Shown here one piece after another: positions 58,419-64,000 of a DNA stretch of 64,000 nt. Made by a program: the position numbers and the translations under genes. The number at the start of each line of letters is the position of its first letter. Positions within the stretch are counted from its first letter, which is position 1. The notes under the pieces are model-generated. The model saw only the letters and a program-made list of their open reading frames with translations, had not been told where the DNA came from and did not search any database. Location: positions 1 through 64,000 of IMG/VR virus record IMGVR_UViG_3300021197_000864. One strand, written 5' to 3'. The stretch comes from a virus.

Positions 58419-59226
58419 ATCAAATAGGAATTGTATAGATAAGGCGTTAGAACTTTTATCTAGTTCTGATAATCCTATTATACGATATGCAGATGAATAT
58501 GATATAGAAGATAATTATTCTCTTCCTAGAAATAGGGGTCTAATTATTAGAGAAGTTAACATTAAACCTAAGACGGATTTGATAATCAAATCTATCCTAG
58601 AGTATAGAGGAACTGTTATATTAACATCATCTAATCAAAAAGATGTTCCCAAATCCATACTTAAGTTAGTGAAGTTGACTAGGGCTACATCTGATTCAGA
58701 AGATATATTGAACATAAAGAAAATATCACCTAGAAGTAATCCACCAAAAGAATATGATTTAGATATTTTTAAGATTATGATGGACTATTTGAAGAATCCT
58801 GATAGAGAAGATGTATTAGAGATTCTTAAAATAAACAAACCATCTGATACTCAACTATTAAGTTGGTTAGCACAAAATGTACATCCTAACAAATTAATGT
58901 ATATTGATTCAGAAGTAAAAAGGAAATGGTCATCAGATTATTTCTATGAGTTATTGGCATATTCACATGAAGGAAAAACTCATGGTAAATTGGTTATGCC
59001 TAAGAGAAGACCGCAAAGTGAAATGCGGGATATATGTAGAAGATTAAAATTAAAGAGAGAGCAACAGCATCTACTAAAACATTTATTAGAAGATGATGAA
59101 TTTAGAAAATATGCTAAGTCTAGATTAGATAATAGACAATGCAGACTCCTAAAATTAGGAGAAAAAAAGAAAATAAAAACAAAGCAACCAACGGTTGTTA
59201 CAACAACATTGGATAAGTGGTTATAA
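58366..59226 (+). CDS. degenerate clamp-loader (RFC large-like) subunit
   Basis: RPIIIVGK remnant P-loop, VILTSS, WLAQN; precedes RFC small; C-terminal TTLDKWL PIP-box-like. Confidence 0.55.
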   Translation: MSLIKMKNKQRPIIIVGKSNRNCIDKALELLSSSDNPIIRYADEYDIEDNYSLPRNRGLIIREVNIKPKTDLIIKSILEYRGTVILTSSNQKDVPKSILKLVKLTRATSDSEDILNIKKISPRSNPPKEYDLDIFKIMMDYLKNPDREDVLEILKINKPSDTQLLSWLAQNVHPNKLMYIDSEVKRKWSSDYFYELLAYSHEGKTHGKLVMPKRRPQSEMRDICRRLKLKREQQHLLKHLLEDDEFRKYAKSRLDNRQCRLLKLGEKKKIKTKQPTVVTTTLDKWL

Positions 59227-59474
59227 TGGCAAGAAACAATAAAAATTATTACAGGTATAAAGCGTTACACGAAATTGGAAACGACAGAGCAGAAGAAGAA
59301 ATGAATATTCAGGAGATAATGACATTCATTAATAACTATAAAAATAGTAAAGGTCGTTTACATCGGCATGTTAATTCTATGACTAATGTTATAGTAAATC
59401 TGATGTATCAAATGCCTGAATATGAAATAGTAAAAAATGGGGTATGGGTATATACTCCTATCGGAGATGAATAA
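59217..59474 (+). CDS. hypothetical protein (possible wHTH)
   Basis: Co-oriented ORF. Confidence 0.6.
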   Translation: MVIMARNNKNYYRYKALHEIGNDRAEEEMNIQEIMTFINNYKNSKGRLHRHVNSMTNVIVNLMYQMPEYEIVKNGVWVYTPIGDE

Positions 59475-59475
59475 A

Positions 59476-60387
59476 ATGTTATGGACTGAAAAATATAGAC
59501 CTCAACACTTAGATGAAATAGTGGGTCATTATAATTTAATAATGGATGCAGAAGAATGGCTACAAAATAAAGAGATGCCTAATCTTCTTTTATACGGTGT
59601 AGCGGGTACAGGTAAAACTGCATTCGCAGGAGCATTGGCTAATGATATATTAGGTGAGTTCAAAGATTCTAATTTCTATGAAATTAACGCCTCAGATGAT
59701 AGGAAACTTGAAACAGTTAGGACTAAGATTAAGGAAATAGCATCTACATCTAAAATAGGTGATGTACCATTCAAAATAGTTTTACTCGATGAGATGGATG
59801 GTATGACTAAAGATGCTCAAAATGCACTAAAAAGGATTATGGAAAGATATTCAGAAAATTGTAGGTTTATAATAACCTGTAATGAAAGAAATCGTATCAT
59901 ATATCCTTTACAATCTAGATGTGCTAATTATCTATTTATTAGATTGAGTGATGAGAATATGTCATTCATATTAAACAGAATATTAACACTAGAAAAAATA
60001 ACAAGTGTTGATAAAGAAGAACTCGATTCTTTTATATTGGGGCTGCATGGTGATATTCGTAGAGGAATTACCGAATTACAAGCATCAATTTCTAGTAAGA
60101 GTCCTCTATCAAAATTAAATCAAGAAAGCCTTGAGCCGTATGTTATTATAATTAATATGTTAAATGAAAATAAATATGAACAAGCATTAGACGAGGTACA
60201 TAAAATGATTTACAATTCTATTGACATGGCATCGTTGTGTGTTAATTTACATGATGCTGTTGTAGCAAAAGAAATGCAACACAAAAAGAAATTCCAATAT
60301 CTGCGAGTAATCGGGGAGGCTGAATGGCGTAGTAAAACCATGACTCCAAAATTATTAGCGAGTTGGATGATAGCACAAATGATATGA
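59476..60387 (+). CDS. rfcS: replication factor C small subunit
   Basis: WTEKYRP, GVAGTGKT, EINASD, LDEMD, LQSRC, GDIR. Confidence 0.93.
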   Translation: MLWTEKYRPQHLDEIVGHYNLIMDAEEWLQNKEMPNLLLYGVAGTGKTAFAGALANDILGEFKDSNFYEINASDDRKLETVRTKIKEIASTSKIGDVPFKIVLLDEMDGMTKDAQNALKRIMERYSENCRFIITCNERNRIIYPLQSRCANYLFIRLSDENMSFILNRILTLEKITSVDKEELDSFILGLHGDIRRGITELQASISSKSPLSKLNQESLEPYVIIINMLNENKYEQALDEVHKMIYNSIDMASLCVNLHDAVVAKEMQHKKKFQYLRVIGEAEWRSKTMTPKLLASWMIAQMI

Positions 60388-60409
60388 AAAAAAAAGAAAA
60401 AAAGAAAAG

Positions 60410-61681
60410 GTGAAAAAAATGGAAAATAATGAAAATATTGAGAAATTAATGAAAGAAGTGGAATTGGGAGCAGGTCGAGTAGATTTAAGTCTAGAAGATG
60501 CTGTTCTAAAGATAGATGAAATCTGTCAACAAAATGGTTTAGATAAAAACGAAGAACCATTAGTTGTGATGAATCTATGGAGACAGTACGTTGCAAGTGT
60601 AATGATGTCAAGAAAGAAAGATTCTGCCGATAATAACGAAAGCCCGACCAATGCGCCTAGCAACGGTTGGTTAAAACAAGCATTTGGTATGTTTGTATCT
60701 TTAGATGAATCTAGAGATATGATGGAATGGAGTAGGAATAATGTATTCAATGAATATAATATGGATAAAGAAACTACCCTTGAATCAGGTAAAGTAGCAG
60801 TAGTAAATCAATTTGAAGATGATACTTATCAGGTGATTAGATATCATGAAGGTGAAAGACAAGAAAGATTCATTCAGACATTACCTGCGGGAGCAATGCC
60901 GTTAGATGATGAAAAATGGTGGATAGTACCTTTAGATGCAGTTGCTAAATACAGAGAAGACCCTAACCCTAATTATGGTAAACCATTACCTAAAGAAGAG
61001 TTTAGAAGAAGTGGTGTATTTGTAGGTGAAGTTGATGGTAAGTTTGGTAAGTATTACTTTAATTATAAAGGTGAATCTTCTAAGGCTTTTGAACCAAAGA
61101 CCTTTGATTGGGTATCATTTAACTGTATCATAAACAGTTTTGATGAAACTAAGATTCATGGTATAACTACAAGAACTCTTGCTTCATTAGTTGTTAATGA
61201 TGAATTACCTGATGATGCTGAAAGTAAGAGAGATATGAGTCAAACATCTAAACCTGATTTGATGATGGAATATGCTAGAGAGCATTATGTACCATTAAAT
61301 GATTTGGATAGAGCGCATAGTATGAATCTATCTAAAACATACTTAGAAAGGTTTGTTGTTACTGATGGTAATGTAGCAAGTATGATTCTTACACCTACTG
61401 CTAATGGCAATAGAATAGTATCTATATCAGATTTGAATGCTGATTTTGAGTATGATGGAGATGGTTATGTAGGTACAACTTGTTGGATACCTAGTAGCAT
61501 TGATATTGATTTTGGTGTAGGTTCTGATGTTATTGTAGTAGGTAGAACTTCACAACGTACAAATGATGATGGTTCTTTAGATGGAACTACACTAAATGTT
61601 AGTGGGTTGTTTGTAACTTCAAAGCGAGGTAAAGTTGTAGAAGTAGAGATTCCTGTTGAAGATGATACAGATTGGTTCTGA
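60410..61681 (+). CDS. putative RPA-like OB-fold ssDNA-binding protein
   Basis: C-terminal OB pattern (VIVVGRT...LNVSG), acidic aromatic tail EDDTDWF; replication cluster. Confidence 0.6.
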   Translation: MKKMENNENIEKLMKEVELGAGRVDLSLEDAVLKIDEICQQNGLDKNEEPLVVMNLWRQYVASVMMSRKKDSADNNESPTNAPSNGWLKQAFGMFVSLDESRDMMEWSRNNVFNEYNMDKETTLESGKVAVVNQFEDDTYQVIRYHEGERQERFIQTLPAGAMPLDDEKWWIVPLDAVAKYREDPNPNYGKPLPKEEFRRSGVFVGEVDGKFGKYYFNYKGESSKAFEPKTFDWVSFNCIINSFDETKIHGITTRTLASLVVNDELPDDAESKRDMSQTSKPDLMMEYAREHYVPLNDLDRAHSMNLSKTYLERFVVTDGNVASMILTPTANGNRIVSISDLNADFEYDGDGYVGTTCWIPSSIDIDFGVGSDVIVVGRTSQRTNDDGSLDGTTLNVSGLFVTSKRGKVVEVEIPVEDDTDWF

Positions 61682-61690
61682 GGATATAAT

Positions 61691-61960
61691 ATGTATCAGA
61701 TATCAGGGCAGATAATACATAGTCATAGTTTTGCTGTTCCATTAGAAACAGTAGAATTTTTGACAGTTAGGTTAAATGAAGAAACTGGTGAATACTGGTT
61801 AAAAATGCATTTGCCTTCTAGTAAAGAAATAAGAATAAAAGTAAGTGAGGCAGAAGTCAATTCCATATTAGGAGAATGGGCTATGTCTAAGGGTAACGAT
61901 GTTTATCCTGAATTTAATGGTGATAAAAATGAGTTGGAATACAGAAAAGGTAGAAGATAA
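61691..61960 (+). CDS. hypothetical protein
   Basis: GAGG RBS. Confidence 0.65.
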   Translation: MYQISGQIIHSHSFAVPLETVEFLTVRLNEETGEYWLKMHLPSSKEIRIKVSEAEVNSILGEWAMSKGNDVYPEFNGDKNELEYRKGRR

Positions 61961-62798
61961 TAGTGACACTTTTGCAGAAGCAAAGGCGAGGATTAAGGCA
62001 CAGATTAAGGCACGAAATGAAAGGGAGAAATCCTTTTTATTGTGTTCTATTACTGGTGAGCCAAAGGTAGGTAAAACAGGAACAGCAATGGATTGTAGAA
62101 CCACCAAAGAAATTGAAGAAGGATACAAAGTATTTATTCTAGATTTTGATGATGGAGCAGAACCTACTTGGGATTCAGGATGGGATAGAGATGAAAATAT
62201 AGTAATCTTTAACCCTATTGAAATGAAAGGTGATGGAACAGTTGATTGGAATGAGACATTTCAGAATGCACATTCTTTCATAACATATGTTAAGGAAGAA
62301 ATTGCAGAAGGAATACTTGTTAAATCAATAATCTTTGATGGTGTGGATAAAGCATTTGAAGGGTCAGGTGATGTATTAAGGCAACATTTGGTAAGGTCTT
62401 CAAAGAGAGATGGATTGATTATACATGATACTGATTCTGTAACAGTTAAACCTCTAGATTGGAAGATTAGAAATAGAGTTTATAATCGTCTTTTAGATGC
62501 GTTTATTGCTATTAATACAGATAGGTTTTTGATAACACATATGAAACCTATCTATGGTAACATAGTTAATCCAGTACCTATTGGTGTTGTACCTGATTGG
62601 CATAAATCTACACCTGCTAGATTTACTCAAATGATACACATTAATAAAATTAAGAGTGGAGCAACAACTAATTATATTGCTGAATTACAAGCAAGTAAAA
62701 CAAATCCCTCAATAGTAGGAAAGGAATGGACTGTATTTGTTACCAATGGTGAAAATGCATGGACAGGTATTCCTGAACTACGTGAGGGGAAATTATGA
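61929..62798 (+). CDS. RecA-superfamily/AAA_24 (Sak4-like) ATPase
   Basis: GEPKVGKT, ILDFDDG, IIFDG, LITH. Confidence 0.7.
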   Translation: MSWNTEKVEDNSDTFAEAKARIKAQIKARNEREKSFLLCSITGEPKVGKTGTAMDCRTTKEIEEGYKVFILDFDDGAEPTWDSGWDRDENIVIFNPIEMKGDGTVDWNETFQNAHSFITYVKEEIAEGILVKSIIFDGVDKAFEGSGDVLRQHLVRSSKRDGLIIHDTDSVTVKPLDWKIRNRVYNRLLDAFIAINTDRFLITHMKPIYGNIVNPVPIGVVPDWHKSTPARFTQMIHINKIKSGATTNYIAELQASKTNPSIVGKEWTVFVTNGENAWTGIPELREGKL

Positions 62799-63583
62799 GA
62801 TTTGTAATAGATAATAAAAAGTTTATTGATGCATTAAGTGCAGTAGCATTGAGAGGTAAATATCCTAGTGGCGGTGCAACTAAGATTAAATCATTGTCAG
62901 ATTATGCGTACATAGTTGCTGATATGAACGATGGGCTACCGTCATCAATTACTTTGTATAATGCAAATGACTCTACTGCTTGTTCTATTAAAGTACAAGA
63001 TAACGAAAACTTGAACATGGTTCACATTGGGGGTGAATCTGTTCTTGATATTTCTAAGTTGAAGAAGTATCTTAAACCTATGAAAGGATTAGTTACTGTA
63101 AATATTGGTGAAACTATCACGTTGGATACTACAACTAAACATGCTACAATACCAACAGTAATTAACCATCCATCATTCTCTATGATTCAATTGGTTAGAA
63201 ATATTGATTTAGATGGTAAAGATGTAAATAACTTACCTACATTTGGTAAGGCTAATGTTCAGTTTGAGGCAGCAGTTATGTTAACTTCTGATTCATTGAA
63301 AGATGCTTGTACCACTTGTGATGTTGCTAACACATCTAGATACATATTAGAATCTACTTCTAATGATTTCAGAATAAGTATTCCTGAAGTTAATACAGAA
63401 ACGATTGTAGTATATCCTGAAACATTAACCGTTGAAGGTGAAGAAGCAATAGTAGAATTGACAGGTGAGTTTGCTCATTTTTTAGATGGGATAACTACCA
63501 TCTATCTTAAAGATGACTTTCCTGTTTTGATTACATCCCCTAATAGGGTATTAATTAAAGCACCAAGATTTAATCCGAGGTAA
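62795..63583 (+). CDS. PCNA-like sliding clamp
   Basis: 262 aa two-lobe beta/alpha pattern ending IKAPR; between RFC and PolB. Confidence 0.6.
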   Translation: MRFVIDNKKFIDALSAVALRGKYPSGGATKIKSLSDYAYIVADMNDGLPSSITLYNANDSTACSIKVQDNENLNMVHIGGESVLDISKLKKYLKPMKGLVTVNIGETITLDTTTKHATIPTVINHPSFSMIQLVRNIDLDGKDVNNLPTFGKANVQFEAAVMLTSDSLKDACTTCDVANTSRYILESTSNDFRISIPEVNTETIVVYPETLTVEGEEAIVELTGEFAHFLDGITTIYLKDDFPVLITSPNRVLIKAPRFNPR

Positions 63584-63588
63584 TATAT

Positions 63589-64000
63589 ATGATAATTAGT
63601 GAAACAACAGAAGGAATATACACAGCATGGAGGGATGATACGGGTAAAAGAGAATCCTGTATCACCCCCCACATGGTTTTTAGACCATATTTCTATATTT
63701 TAGCAAGTGATTCTAAACCTGAGAATATTATTAGTAGAGATAAATGGGGCAATAGTAGAGTATTAACTGTATCTTATGAAGAAAATAGAGCATATAAAAG
63801 TCTACAAAACCTACCTTTAACTAGAGTTTACTGTAAAAACCCTCAAGAGATGAGGAAGGTAAAGGATGAGTTTGCTACTACTTTTGAAGCAGACGTAAGA
63901 TATACACATAGATATGCTGTTGATGTATTTTACAAGACTAATAGTGAAACGATACGTTTCTTTGGTGAAAAAGGATTTCCTGAATATGATTTAAGAAAGT
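63589..64000 (+). CDS. polB: family B DNA polymerase (N-terminal part)
   Basis: FRPYFY and FEADVRYTHRY N-terminal motifs; runs off window. Confidence 0.8.
   Translation, partial: MIISETTEGIYTAWRDDTGKRESCITPHMVFRPYFYILASDSKPENIISRDKWGNSRVLTVSYEENRAYKSLQNLPLTRVYCKNPQEMRKVKDEFATTFEADVRYTHRYAVDVFYKTNSETIRFFGEKGFPEYDLRK

Noticed and set aside
61929-61950. MSW start of the Sak4-like ATPase as a capsid tag
   Set aside because: MSWNTEK lacks the hydrophobic pair; lies in the replication arm
42596-62128. Minus-strand ORFs in the right arm
   Set aside because: Antisense to supported plus-strand genes

Overview
About 64 kb of an AT-rich tailed dsDNA virus (Caudoviricetes) of a euryarchaeal host, most consistent with a Magrovirus-type virus of Marine Group II/Poseidoniales. 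This is inferred from archaeal-type TFB, RFC, PCNA-like clamp, PolB, histone folds and pervasive GGTGA/AGGTGA Shine-Dalgarno sites. The left arm (1-35.9 kb, minus strand) is the morphogenesis region: tape measure, frameshifted tail chaperone, tail tube, HK97 capsid, prohead protease, portal, terminase, a second DNA ligase, and about 15 proteins carrying a W-x-x-h-h-K terminal tag. The centre (35.9-42.1 kb) is a strand-switch/control region with six ACCATATGGT-type palindromes, divergent paralogues, micro-ORFs, origin-like repeats and a ~950 nt highly base-paired non-coding stretch. The right arm (plus strand) holds replication, nucleotide metabolism and regulation genes: NrdJ, DenV-like glycosylase, TFB, PC4, ligase, RFC, RPA, clamp and PolB. 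Best candidate new systems: (1) an Arf/Ras-like small GTPase operon with two membrane proteins, an ArfGAP-like zinc finger and a low-complexity amphipathic protein; (2) a viral ubiquitin-like system (Ubl ending GG-GNQ, E1, JAB, possible E2-like protein); (3) the large structured RNA; (4) a probable capsid-targeting tag. All calls are from motif reading only; no database searches were run.
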